A stretch of 41,592 bases of DNA from Candidatus Zixiibacteriota bacterium (GTDB taxonomy: Bacteria; Zixibacteria; MSB-5A5; WJJR01), in the NCBI GenBank assembly GCA_036170655.1, contig JAVHPP010000091.1:1-41592 (forward strand). The letters run 5' to 3'. The notes below the pieces were generated by a model. That model ran no database searches and was not told the origin of the DNA. It saw nothing but the letters and a program-made list of their open reading frames with translations. The translations under genes and the position numbers were made by a program. The number at the start of each line of letters is the position of its first letter. Positions within the stretch are counted from its first letter, which is position 1. This document shows, in pieces, positions 29,829-39,838 of this stretch.

Positions 29829-31736
29829 TCAGAAAGCAAACAAGATCGACAGATGCAGTCGATCCGAAGCTGGGTAATCGGGATGCAACACCCGCCGGGC
29901 ATAATCGAGACGGATCGGGCCAACAGGAGCAATGTATTGTACACCGACACCCAGCGAGAAGAGCAATTGGCTGAGGGCAACGTCGTGAAAGCTGGACCAA
30001 TTGTTCCCGGCATCGCCAAACAGAGTAAACCAGAACTTTGTCATCAGCGGGGTTCGCAACTCGAAATTGACCAAGGCAATGACCCTCCCCCCGGCCGGTG
30101 CTCCGAGGGAATCGACCGGACCGACCCGATTTTCAGAATACCCACGGATGGAATTGGCGCCTCCCAGATAAAAGCGGTCGATCGTGGGAACGAATGCTCC
30201 GCCCGAGTGCAGACCCGCCCAGCCTACACGGACACGACTGGCCAGGACTGTCGGCGTACTGATGATCTGATACCGCGACCAGGTGAAATCAAGTTTGTAG
30301 AAGTCGCTGGCCCCGCCGAGTATCCCTCCGACGTAGTCGAAGTCGAAGCGTGTTCTCGCACCCGCAGTCGGCACGAAAAGGTTGGGACGGGTGTCCCGCT
30401 CGAGCGCCATTTTCCAGCGGCGTTTGACGGTGATACCCTGTTCGTCCAATAGCGACTGCTGCCGCTCTTGGGGAAGGCCGTAGATATTGACCCTCTCGAC
30501 AACCAGCGAGGACCAGACGCGGTTCACACGCCGAAAGCGCCGTGTCACGCTCAATTCACCCGACATTTTTTCCACACGGTAGTCCTGCGTCGGCGAACGG
30601 ACTCCCGGTTCATAAGCCAAGGTCAGGGACGTGGGAAGGCGTAGCCCAAAGATCCATGGCTCCGTGTATCGCCCAGAGAACCGGTGATGCAGAACACGCC
30701 ATTCCGTCACGACCACGAAACCCGATTGGGCGGTCAACGCCCACTGGCGACCCGTCCCCAGCCAGTTGCGGCTTCCCCACTCGGCGGCATAGTCGAGGGT
30801 CAGGTCCCGATCCGGGTCCTGTCCGGCCCCGATGTGGAACCCAATGTAGGATGGAGGCCGTTCCACCACGTGGACCTTGATGTCTGCGGTTTGGGGCGAC
30901 ACCCGCGTGGTGGTATCCCGATAGACGGGTGTCACTTGAACAAAGGTGAAGAGACCCGTGGCGTACAAATCCTGCTGCCGTTCGAGCAGTTGTTCCCGTG
31001 AGAAGAGGTCCCCCTCGGTCAGCCGTACTTCACGTCGCACGACGTTCTCTCGCGTGCGCAGAGTGCTGTCGATGAAAACGCGTCCCAGTCTGACCTCCGG
31101 CCCCTCGTCCAGGATGAAGAGAACATCAATAGTATCCTGGCGCGGGGTAACCTGTGCATTGATCCGGCTGAAGGGGTGTCCCCAATTGGCGCAATCTGCC
31201 TGCATCTGGGCTGCCACCAGGACCAATGCGACCGAGTCAGCCGCGGTTCCCCGTTTCAGCAGGGAAGCGCGACGATCCAGACGAGAAACCAGCGATTGGT
31301 AGGTTCCCGTGACCGACACCTCACCCCAGAACGATCGCGACCCCTCGGCAATCGAGACATCCAAGACGGCATGATCCTGATCCTGCTCCGGTCGCGCGGT
31401 GATCGTGGCGCACGCCTGCCAGAATCCCAGCGAGCGGTATTCACGTTCGATGGACACTTTGTCCCGAACCAGAGTCGTCGGATGCAGGCGTGGTTTGGCA
31501 CGCAGACGGAGCCGCGACCAGAGACCTGCCGGAGACAGTTGCATCAAATGCCGGATACCACCTTTGCTGATGAAGGCATTACCGTTTACGTCGATGCGTG
31601 TCAAGGCAGGCCGCTTCCGCAGCCACTGCGAGGTCCACTCGGCCGAGGAATCGCGCATCTGGGCTGGCACCGGCATTGCGAGAATAAGCAGCAGTGCGGC
31701 GGCGACGCCGGCCAGCATGGTGACATGTGATCTCAA
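29829..31736 (-). CDS. Omp85 family (TamA/BamA-like) outer-membrane protein with ~3 POTRA domains
   Basis: POTRA-like segments, FYLGGANSIRGY, GPIRLDYA and C-terminal Phe. TTG start overlaps the tamB stop; start uncertain. Confidence 0.9.
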   Translation of the reverse strand: MRSHVTMLAGVAAALLLILAMPVPAQMRDSSAEWTSQWLRKRPALTRIDVNGNAFISKGGIRHLMQLSPAGLWSRLRLRAKPRLHPTTLVRDKVSIEREYRSLGFWQACATITARPEQDQDHAVLDVSIAEGSRSFWGEVSVTGTYQSLVSRLDRRASLLKRGTAADSVALVLVAAQMQADCANWGHPFSRINAQVTPRQDTIDVLFILDEGPEVRLGRVFIDSTLRTRENVVRREVRLTEGDLFSREQLLERQQDLYATGLFTFVQVTPVYRDTTTRVSPQTADIKVHVVERPPSYIGFHIGAGQDPDRDLTLDYAAEWGSRNWLGTGRQWALTAQSGFVVVTEWRVLHHRFSGRYTEPWIFGLRLPTSLTLAYEPGVRSPTQDYRVEKMSGELSVTRRFRRVNRVWSSLVVERVNIYGLPQERQQSLLDEQGITVKRRWKMALERDTRPNLFVPTAGARTRFDFDYVGGILGGASDFYKLDFTWSRYQIISTPTVLASRVRVGWAGLHSGGAFVPTIDRFYLGGANSIRGYSENRVGPVDSLGAPAGGRVIALVNFELRTPLMTKFWFTLFGDAGNNWSSFHDVALSQLLFSLGVGVQYIAPVGPIRLDYARRVLHPDYPASDRLHLSILFAF

Positions 31737-34700
31737 TAGTCCCAATTGAGGTGAAGGTTTAAGCGGTAGAGGTTGTTCTTGTCCCGGTTGCCTTCAAGAT
31801 AGAGCCGACGGTTGAAGCGATACTCGAACCCGACCTCCTGCCCCGCCCCGACATCGAGGGGACTCGATCCATACAAGTATAGATGTGGCGAGACATACCG
31901 GCCAACGGTGATCTCGGTCAGGCGCGGGTCGCTTCCCGAGGTGATCTCGAGGGTTTCCAGTCTCAGCTTGCGTGCCACCACTCTTTGGACTTCGGAGAAC
32001 AGAAGGCCGGTTGCGGCGAATTTCAGCCGGTCGGCCCATGGGTCTCGCGCAGCGGTGGTGTCCCCCGCGGCCAGCGTGCTGTTCGCCATGAGCAGCAAGA
32101 GAAAATCCTGCTCCGTGTATGGCGGTTCAGGCTGAATCAGAGGCTGACTGGCCCGGCCAGCAACGTGAACGCCCAACTCAATGATGTCTCGATTACTCGT
32201 TCCCGGCATCGTCTCGACACGTGGCTGGTTGATGCGGAATGTTACATCGATGTCCAAGGTCGGGTCGGGAGTATTCGGGTCGTCAAATGTCAGCGACCCC
32301 CGGCGGATGGTGCCAGTCTTATCAAAGATATACACCTTACCGCGCAGGATTTCCGCCGTGCCGAGGTATGTCAAACGGCCACGATCACGCACGAGCCGCA
32401 AGTCGGATGAGAGCTCGGCATCGATCTGGTCGTTGTGAATCCAGTAATTGCCCGGCAGTTCGACGGTCATGTCCCAATTCCAGAGCGTTGTGTCCAGAGG
32501 TGTCTCCATTGTCTCGTTTGCAAAGGGCTCTCGATCTTCAACGCGGGTGGGAGAAATCCGGCCGCGCACGGTGGGAGGCGTCGGTCCCTCCACCGTCAGA
32601 TCGAAGTCGGATTCGACGGAGAAATCCTCAAACTCGAAGCGCACGGGGACATGCCGCCCGGTCAGAGAAACATCATAGTCAAACTGGTTGTATGCCAGGA
32701 TACGCACTTTGCCGCTCGCCGTGATCTCGCCGGTGCGTCGCTTTTCCCGAACAATTCCTGAGGCCCGCTTGATTTCGACGGTGTCCTGGTACAGAGAGAC
32801 GTCGATTTGCACGTCCTGGATCGGGTTGGCGATATCGACCGTTTTGATGACCCCACCACGCAGATACGCATCGCCTGTGATACGTGGGGTGCGGGGTGTT
32901 CCGCCCAAGGCCACCGAGACCGAGAACGGCCCGCGGATCGATTCGAGCGTCTCGGGAAGGAAACGGGTGACCGCATCTAACGAGGCACCGGTCGCAACCA
33001 ATCGGCCCGACAGGGGTTCATCCAGCACCTGCGCTTTCGGTGAATCGAACCGCAACTCCATCGGCAGCACACCAGTCACGAAGATCCGGTGATCGGGGCT
33101 TTCGAGGACGAGTTGATCGGAACTGAGACGCCGGTTGGAGTAGGACAATGTCCCCGAAAGATCCCCAAGGGATCCACTTTCGAAGCGAAGATCCAGAACG
33201 TGCACGTCGAGGTCAAATTTTGGTTCGGACAACGTACCCTGCAGGCGACCCGTACAGTCCAATTGACCATCCAAGGCTGTCTGGGGGAAGAATCGCCGAC
33301 CAATCGTCGGGACAGGAACCCCCTCGACATCCAGAACGAGATCCAACGATTCGTCGTAGTTGACCCGGCCATACAATTGCAGTGTCCCCCAGGCGCTCTT
33401 CACGGAAAAGTCGGAGAAATTAAATCCGGTGGAATCGACCACGAGCTTGACCGTGTCGGTGGCGGTCAGGGATTCATCGAGCCAATGGGCAGTGACAGGA
33501 TAGAGCGTGATGGGAATGGTATCGGCAGTCCAGTCGAGCTGCCCCCTCCCTTGGATCACCGCCTCTGGCGCGCTCCACGACAACGAGTCGAAGAAGACAA
33601 GATGTTCCGCAAGCCTCGCCCGCACATAGACAGAATCAATACCCCACGCCCATGCCATCGAAGGGCCGAAGCGTGCTTCCACATCGCCCGTGGGATGGGT
33701 CAGAAAACGCGGCACAAAAAAACTGGCTTCGAAGCGATGCGTCGTCAAATCGTACATCCGCAACGAATCTGAGGTGATCCGTCCGGACAGGTTGGGATCC
33801 CGGGTCAGACCCGACAGATAGACATAGCCATCGCTTCGTCCGGCGAGAGAATCCACAAACACGTAGGGATCCCATATCCGAAGATCGTTGCAGGTGACAT
33901 TTGCAAAGACATCGATCGAGTCGGAGAAGCTAATGCGCCCTCCTCCAACCATCCCGGTGGGACCGCGCTGCAGACGGAAATCCTGGGCAAAGACAATGTC
34001 TTCGGACGTTGCGCGCAGCAAACCAGCGGCGGAGTCAAAGGTGACACTGTCGAACTGACCGGGACCCAACTGGATATCCAAGTCCAAGGCGAGATCCTCG
34101 TTCCGCAATCCCTGCCCCGTCATCCGGACATGACCGGAGAGGTCCGACGCAAACGTTCCCGGGGCGAACTGCTCCAGATTGAAGTGCTGGACGTTCCCGT
34201 GGTACGCATATCGTTCCGGCTTGACGCCGAGGTCAACCCATCCCGCACCGCGCCAAGTGGCGTGGGAGACATCGCCGGAAATCGAATCCAAGGTGATATG
34301 GGATCCCATTACCGAAAACTGGGCACCCACATTGTCGAATGTGAACCCTTCGAAGTCGCCATTGATGTGTCCCTGGCCATACCAACCACCGGAATCAGAA
34401 GGTGGAGCAATGTCCCCGGTAAACAAAACTGTCCCATGCAAGTCCTGGCCAATGAGGCCGCCGAGCTCACTCAAGTCCAATGGCTGAGTTTCGAGTTTCC
34501 ACTTAATCGGCGTACCCGAAGCCAGGATCCGAGAATGCGAGGTTGTAATATGGACTGAATCGGCGGACCAGATACCCTTCTCCGTTTTCCAGATCCCGGA
34601 AGCGAGAGTCCGCCCCAGCCTTGGAACCACCGTCGAGAGCCGGTCAAGGTGCACCGTCAGCCGCCCATCGGCCCGTACTGCCGACAGCGCCACATCGATC

Positions 34701-35236
34701 GAATCGAACAGCGCAGTTGAATCGTGATAATGTAAGAACGAACCGTGGCGAATGATCAGCGCAGCCAGATTGAAGTTGAACGCCGCACCGGGGCCGGTCT
34801 TTTCTCTGTCGTGTTGAATGTTCTGTTGCAATCTGGTGCGCGTGGGCTCCGGTGGCCACCAGACACGGGGAGAATCCAAGAAGACAGACTGGATTTTCCA
34901 TTCTCCGCGCCAGAAGTCAGTGAGAGTGTACTGAATAGAGAGACGGGGGATAATCGCGAGCGTGTCGGCGGTGGAGTCCACTGTGCTGATGACCACCGAA
35001 TCGGCGATGATCTCTGAAAACAGGTTACCGGAGATGTCGCGGACATCGACATGAAGGGATGTGGTCTGGGCCAGCGCCCGATTAAGATATCCCATGGCGC
35101 GGCGTTGCATCCATCCGGATTTGAACGCCCAGACCACCGTCGCGCCTATCACAAGCAAGAGCAACGCGAAGGACAACAAAGGGATTGTATAACGCTTACG
35201 CACCGGCGCGAACCACTGCCCTCGATCACACGTCAT
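31733..35236 (-). CDS. tamB: Translocation/assembly module TamB (AsmA-like/DUF490)
   Basis: N-terminal TM anchor, long beta-rich body, C-terminal DPTLDI...VGRY...EYR...WDY; adjacent to an Omp85 gene. Confidence 0.85.
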   Translation of the reverse strand: MTCDRGQWFAPVRKRYTIPLLSFALLLLVIGATVVWAFKSGWMQRRAMGYLNRALAQTTSLHVDVRDISGNLFSEIIADSVVISTVDSTADTLAIIPRLSIQYTLTDFWRGEWKIQSVFLDSPRVWWPPEPTRTRLQQNIQHDREKTGPGAAFNFNLAALIIRHGSFLHYHDSTALFDSIDVALSAVRADGRLTVHLDRLSTVVPRLGRTLASGIWKTEKGIWSADSVHITTSHSRILASGTPIKWKLETQPLDLSELGGLIGQDLHGTVLFTGDIAPPSDSGGWYGQGHINGDFEGFTFDNVGAQFSVMGSHITLDSISGDVSHATWRGAGWVDLGVKPERYAYHGNVQHFNLEQFAPGTFASDLSGHVRMTGQGLRNEDLALDLDIQLGPGQFDSVTFDSAAGLLRATSEDIVFAQDFRLQRGPTGMVGGGRISFSDSIDVFANVTCNDLRIWDPYVFVDSLAGRSDGYVYLSGLTRDPNLSGRITSDSLRMYDLTTHRFEASFFVPRFLTHPTGDVEARFGPSMAWAWGIDSVYVRARLAEHLVFFDSLSWSAPEAVIQGRGQLDWTADTIPITLYPVTAHWLDESLTATDTVKLVVDSTGFNFSDFSVKSAWGTLQLYGRVNYDESLDLVLDVEGVPVPTIGRRFFPQTALDGQLDCTGRLQGTLSEPKFDLDVHVLDLRFESGSLGDLSGTLSYSNRRLSSDQLVLESPDHRIFVTGVLPMELRFDSPKAQVLDEPLSGRLVATGASLDAVTRFLPETLESIRGPFSVSVALGGTPRTPRITGDAYLRGGVIKTVDIANPIQDVQIDVSLYQDTVEIKRASGIVREKRRTGEITASGKVRILAYNQFDYDVSLTGRHVPVRFEFEDFSVESDFDLTVEGPTPPTVRGRISPTRVEDREPFANETMETPLDTTLWNWDMTVELPGNYWIHNDQIDAELSSDLRLVRDRGRLTYLGTAEILRGKVYIFDKTGTIRRGSLTFDDPNTPDPTLDIDVTFRINQPRVETMPGTSNRDIIELGVHVAGRASQPLIQPEPPYTEQDFLLLLMANSTLAAGDTTAARDPWADRLKFAATGLLFSEVQRVVARKLRLETLEITSGSDPRLTEITVGRYVSPHLYLYGSSPLDVGAGQEVGFEYRFNRRLYLEGNRDKNNLYRLNLHLNWDY

Positions 35237-35312
35237 TGACCATGGGCATCAGATAGGATACCAATTGTCCAGCCAACGGGCAAGTAGACAGACGGAAGAT
35301 CCGCACGGTCGA

Positions 35313-36722
35313 TCAGCGGGGAAGTGTGCGCTGCAGGAAGAGCAATTCCATTTTCAGAGAATCGACTTGCCTCTGGAGGGAAATGAAACGCCGTTCCCAG
35401 TCCGCTGCGGGTCGTGCCGTTGCGCCCGACGGGGTTGGCATGGGAGAGCGGTTGTCAAACGATGCGGGGGTCGGCACAGCCCCTCCGGACGAACGAACAG
35501 TCTGCGGAATGGGGGAGTCGGACGATGATCCGCCCTGACGTTGCCAGCGTGATTTCGCATCATTCTCCACCATGCTGAGGTGGCCGGCCTCTGCCCGCCC
35601 CAACTCGACAACAAGCTTGAGCGGCTGGCCCCCACGAATCAGATCAAACATGAGCCGCTGTCCGGGACGCCCCTGACTAACGACCTGTCGAAATCGCCGG
35701 ACCGATTTCACGGCCTGCCGGTCGACCGTCGTGATGACATCGCCCTCGAGCAAGCCCGAGGCCTTTGCCGGTGTGTTGTCGACGACGCTGGAAACGAGGA
35801 CACCTTCGCTGGTCTTGAAATGCGCCACGTACCACCCGGTCAGGTCTTCGACGTAGATTCCCACATATCCCCGAGGCTCCGCGCCGGTGGCAATAATTCG
35901 TTCAGTTGTCCGGAGCGCTGTTTGGATAGGCACCGCCAGCGAGACCGAAGAGGTCGGCAGTTCCAGTCGGCGACCGGGCACCGTGACCATCCCCAGATCC
36001 TTACCCGCAGTGCACTGCATGGGATCGATGTAGTATGGCTCAGATATCTTGGCCTTGATCATACCGACAACCTGACCACGTGTGTTGACCAAAGCGCCTC
36101 CGGTGCTGCCCGGAGAAACACCCAGAGACAACTGGATGGTCCCATCGGGACGGAATCCGTTGACCTCCCCCCAAGACACGCCGCCGGAGTATCCATACGA
36201 ATTGCCGACGGCAGCCACCAGAGATCCCACACCCAATTCGACGGCATCACCGAATGGCGCTGCTTTCAAACCCTGGCTTTTGATTTGCAGGACGGCCACT
36301 TCGTCGCTCGATCCCAGGAGCACCGCTTGAAAGAGTCGTCCATCGGCGGCCTCGACCCAGAAGTCGTCCGAGCCATCGACCACTCGGCTACATGTCAGGA
36401 TACAACCATTACTGTCAAGGACGACACCCGACCCCACCGACATCGCCGGACTCGCGGCCGTCTGGCCGAGACGTGTCTTTTCCGCGCTCTTGGTGGCGCG
36501 GATCGTCACCACAGACGGCGCCACCGCCCCCAACACAGCCTGGAGATCACGCTCGAAAAGTTGGAGAATGCTCGGCCGCTCGGCCAAGTCGGTCTGCGCG
36601 CGTGCCAAGTTGTGGGGACCAAGACAGAAGACAATTCCGACACACAATGTCATCGGGAAAAGACGCCATACTCGATTTCGGAAAAGCCGTCTGTCGTCAA
36701 CTGGAAACCGTTCAAGAGTCAC
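35313..36722 (-). CDS. HtrA/S1C trypsin-like protein with PDZ domain; catalytic triad substituted
   Basis: APSVVTI, GSGVV, VGN.YG and PGSTGGALVN..G.VVG motifs; PDZ GYVGI...TPA..SGL.EGDVI; SD GGAGG before GTG. Confidence 0.88.
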   Translation of the reverse strand: MTLERFPVDDRRLFRNRVWRLFPMTLCVGIVFCLGPHNLARAQTDLAERPSILQLFERDLQAVLGAVAPSVVTIRATKSAEKTRLGQTAASPAMSVGSGVVLDSNGCILTCSRVVDGSDDFWVEAADGRLFQAVLLGSSDEVAVLQIKSQGLKAAPFGDAVELGVGSLVAAVGNSYGYSGGVSWGEVNGFRPDGTIQLSLGVSPGSTGGALVNTRGQVVGMIKAKISEPYYIDPMQCTAGKDLGMVTVPGRRLELPTSSVSLAVPIQTALRTTERIIATGAEPRGYVGIYVEDLTGWYVAHFKTSEGVLVSSVVDNTPAKASGLLEGDVITTVDRQAVKSVRRFRQVVSQGRPGQRLMFDLIRGGQPLKLVVELGRAEAGHLSMVENDAKSRWQRQGGSSSDSPIPQTVRSSGGAVPTPASFDNRSPMPTPSGATARPAADWERRFISLQRQVDSLKMELLFLQRTLPR

Positions 36723-36897
36723 GTGACTGAGTGACCTCCTTCCCTATCGTCATTCCATTGTACCCCGCGTCTAGTGTCTGGCGCCATAGGTTTCATCAGA
36801 TTGCGGGCCTTGACTCTCACCACTTTTCTTCAGCGGCGGCCAGAAACAGGAACGGCCGCCAAAAGGTGGCCGCCACAAACACCTAAGTCACTCCAAA

Positions 36898-37551
36898 TCA
36901 ATAGCTTACCGTGCGGACCATCTGATCGGAACGCTCCATCGGCAGGATATAAACGGGCATTGGCTTCGCAGAGTTGGGATCATCCAAACCAACGACATCG
37001 AGGACGTAGTCATTTGTCCCCTGACTGGCCTTGAGATAGAGACGCTGCAGCCGACGCGCTCCCGGGGAAAACTCCTCAATGGGAGTCCAACCTGCGGGTA
37101 TCGCAGGATCAGTCTGGCCGGATACAAGAGCTCCGAAATAGTCAAGCGTCGACTGTGCCCTTGTCTGGGTCGCAACCAATAAGGCCGCTTGGGACTTGTT
37201 GGTCATGTGGGCGCGGTACCCGCCATAGGTCAAGCCCACAATTAGAACCACCGAACAGACCGCCATTGCACGCCGCCACGGATTCTGAGCGATCAGACTG
37301 TACCACGGCGCTGAGGCGGCAGACGCGGTTGCGGTACGGCTGATCGCCGCACGCAGCCGCAGGTCGAAATCCGGGCGTACGGCAACTGGCTCCATACGGC
37401 CCGCCAAAGTGGCGATCTCGGAGAAATAAAACGACTCACGCCGACAGACGGGACAGGACTTCAGATGGTCATCCAAACGCGCACGCTGGCGTTCGGACAA
37501 GGTCCCATCACATCGAGCGGACAGGTACCAATGTGCCTTGCGACAACGCAC
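36898..37551 (-). CDS. Zinc-binding (zf-HC2/ZAS) membrane anti-sigma factor
   Basis: C...HLKSCPVC (HxxxCxxC), one TM helix; overlaps the sigma gene. Confidence 0.88.
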   Translation of the reverse strand: MRCRKAHWYLSARCDGTLSERQRARLDDHLKSCPVCRRESFYFSEIATLAGRMEPVAVRPDFDLRLRAAISRTATASAASAPWYSLIAQNPWRRAMAVCSVVLIVGLTYGGYRAHMTNKSQAALLVATQTRAQSTLDYFGALVSGQTDPAIPAGWTPIEEFSPGARRLQRLYLKASQGTNDYVLDVVGLDDPNSAKPMPVYILPMERSDQMVRTVSY

Positions 37552-38104
37552 GCGACTGCTCCAGTTTCGGTTTGAGTTGTTCTTTCAATTCGGCGCGAGC
37601 ACGATTGACTCTGGACTTCACTGTACCCAAGGGAACACCCAAGATCTGCGCCACCTCTTCGTAGGACATCTGTTCGACATCACGAAGGAGGAATGCCGTT
37701 TTGTATCTGGCTGGAAGAGTGGCTATGGCCTGTTGCAGGATATGTCCGAGCGCCGACGGGCCCATTTTGGGATCGGGCAGTTCTATGCCCTTGCTGGCCA
37801 TGTCTAACAAGTTGACGAACTTGAACTTACGGTACCTGCGGAGCTCGTTCTTCGCCAAGTTCAGGGCGATCGTGTAGATCCACGTCGACAGGCAATAAGA
37901 GAAGTCGTAGTCCTGGCGATGGGTCCAAACGCGCAAGAATGTTTCCTGAACAATATCTTCCGCCTCGGCCTGATCATTGAGCATGCGATAGATCAGGTTT
38001 ACCAATCGGGTCTTGTATCGCCCGACCAGCTCCTCAAATGCGTCGTAGTCGTCCTGCTGGACGCGTCTCATAAGAGTGTGGTCGATGGCTTTCTGTGTGT
38101 CCAA
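37508..38104 (-). CDS. ECF (sigma-70 group 4) RNA polymerase sigma factor
   Basis: AEDIVQETFLRVW, STWIYTIALN and SYEEVAQILGVPLGTVKSRVNRAR motifs; TTG 38104 with SD GGAGG. Confidence 0.94.
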   Translation of the reverse strand: MDTQKAIDHTLMRRVQQDDYDAFEELVGRYKTRLVNLIYRMLNDQAEAEDIVQETFLRVWTHRQDYDFSYCLSTWIYTIALNLAKNELRRYRKFKFVNLLDMASKGIELPDPKMGPSALGHILQQAIATLPARYKTAFLLRDVEQMSYEEVAQILGVPLGTVKSRVNRARAELKEQLKPKLEQSRALSQGTLVPVRSM

Positions 38105-38150
38105 TGTGCCCTCCGAGTCTGCTGAGCCACGATCGTCAAACCAGTTCATA

Positions 38151-38176
38151 TACACGGCAACCCCCATTCCCGTTCC
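38151..38176 (-). promoter_or_regulatory. Putative ECF-type autoregulatory promoter
   Basis: GGAAC, 15 nt, CGTGTA about 50 nt upstream of the sigma start; spacing is one base shorter than the common AAC-N16-CGT. Confidence 0.4.
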
Positions 38177-38470
38177 GTTTTCTTGTACGCAGGAATTGGT
38201 TCATTCGAAGTTGTTCTGGTACTCCTCAAGCAACAAAAACCGGGCAATGCACTGGCCTGCAAAAAGATAGCCACAGCGTCGGTGCTGCAACGCAATCGCC
38301 TCTCCCGAGGCAGATTCATGAACTGAAGGGGTATTCACCTTCACACGTTGGCATCCAATGTCGGCGCCTGCACTGATTGAGTGCATCCGCAGTCGGGAGT
38401 TGTGCGGAAAACGCATCTGGGTTATGCTCACCATGTGGGACATCGATCCGAGACAATAGATCGAACCGAG

Positions 38471-39820
38471 ATGGACAAACTGGAGTCCCCGCTTTCTCGT
38501 TGGACACAACACAGGACCCAATCTCAATTCGGGGACGCCGTTTTGGAGGATCATTTGGGCAGACCGGGAGTCGGCTTCTCGGGCTTGCAAACAGGCAACT
38601 GCATCGGGCGGTTTGCTGCCATGGATTCCTGTTGGACATACGAGACGGTTACTGGCGTTGCGCGGGGCGATACCCCCGCTGATCCGCTGGAGAGTCTGAA
38701 TCATGCTTTCGAGGAAACAAAGAGAGCTTTCCCCAAGGCGGGGATGATTGGGTACATCGCCTATGAGGCGGGGTTCCGGTGGCTGAATCTGAAGCCCCGC
38801 CGCCCTGACGGCGACCCGTTTGCTCTCCCGCTGGTCCAGTTCCTCGTCTTTGATGAACTTGTGCGTGGAGCGAAGGTGCCAACGCGATCATCCCCATCGG
38901 TTGCCGGCGACCCATTCTTCCCTGATCAATACCATCGCCTTCTTGAGTCACCCCATGTTCGGAGGACAGTCGATCGTTCCGATTATTTGTCTGCGGTTCG
39001 CCAGATCAAGCGGCACATCAGCGATGGAGACATCTACCAGGCAAATTATACCCAGGCCTTCGATATTGAGTCTCCACTTTCCGGGCGGGAGATTTATGGC
39101 ATGCTGGCCCGCTCCAATCCAGCGCCGTTCGCTGCTCATTTGCATTTCGCTCCGGTTCGCATGGGCGACAGCGATCGTGGCCCCCGGATCGCCTTTCCGA
39201 CGGTCGAGGTCATCAGCAGTTCTCCAGAAAGATTCTGGAAAAAGCGCGGCGAATTCGTGGAAACACGGCCAATCAAAGGGACGATCGCACGGGGCGTGAC
39301 CCCGGCCGAAGACCGGCTCTTGCGGCGCCGGCTTGTCGCAAGTGGCAAGGACCGGGCCGAACTCCTGATGATTACCGATCTGGAGCGAAACGATCTGGGT
39401 GTTTTCGCGGATATCGGGTCAGTGCAAGTGGAGGCGTTGCGCCGCATCCGTGGCTTTGCCTCGGTGTGGCATCTGGAATCCATCGTCACGGCACGGGCGC
39501 CAGAGTCAACCGGATGGGAACAGATCATGCGTTGCATGTTCCCGGGCGGCTCGATTACCGGCGCTCCCAAGAGGCGCGCCGTGACGATATTGAGAGAACT
39601 GGAGAATGTGCCGCGCGGCGTCTATTGCGGGGCGATTGGATGGATCGACAGCCGCGGCAATGCGGACTTCTCGGTCGCGATCAGGACAATGGTCAAAATA
39701 GGCAGCCGGGTGCGCGTCTATGGCGGCGGCGGCATCGTTGCCGACTCCGATCCTGACGCCGAATACGAGGAATCGCTGATCAAGGTGGCGCCCATTCTCC
39801 GCTGCCTGATTCGTGAGTGA
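38471..39820 (+). CDS. pabB: Aminodeoxychorismate synthase component I
   Basis: GYIAYE, GDIYQAN, SSPERF, PIKGT (PabB-type rather than TrpE PIAGT), DLERNDLG and FPGGSITGAPK motifs; start uncertain. Confidence 0.88.
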   Translation: MDKLESPLSRWTQHRTQSQFGDAVLEDHLGRPGVGFSGLQTGNCIGRFAAMDSCWTYETVTGVARGDTPADPLESLNHAFEETKRAFPKAGMIGYIAYEAGFRWLNLKPRRPDGDPFALPLVQFLVFDELVRGAKVPTRSSPSVAGDPFFPDQYHRLLESPHVRRTVDRSDYLSAVRQIKRHISDGDIYQANYTQAFDIESPLSGREIYGMLARSNPAPFAAHLHFAPVRMGDSDRGPRIAFPTVEVISSSPERFWKKRGEFVETRPIKGTIARGVTPAEDRLLRRRLVASGKDRAELLMITDLERNDLGVFADIGSVQVEALRRIRGFASVWHLESIVTARAPESTGWEQIMRCMFPGGSITGAPKRRAVTILRELENVPRGVYCGAIGWIDSRGNADFSVAIRTMVKIGSRVRVYGGGGIVADSDPDAEYEESLIKVAPILRCLIRE

Positions 39821-39838
39821 ACCGCAGGAGTCTGGACC

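Noticed and set aside
35580..36734. 384-aa plus-strand ORF
   Set aside because: Shadow of the HtrA-like gene.
36834..36875. GGCGGCC/GGCCGCC alternative hairpins between anti-sigma and the HtrA-like gene
   Set aside because: Short GC-rich pairing without a proper U-tract; too weak to call a terminator or attenuator.
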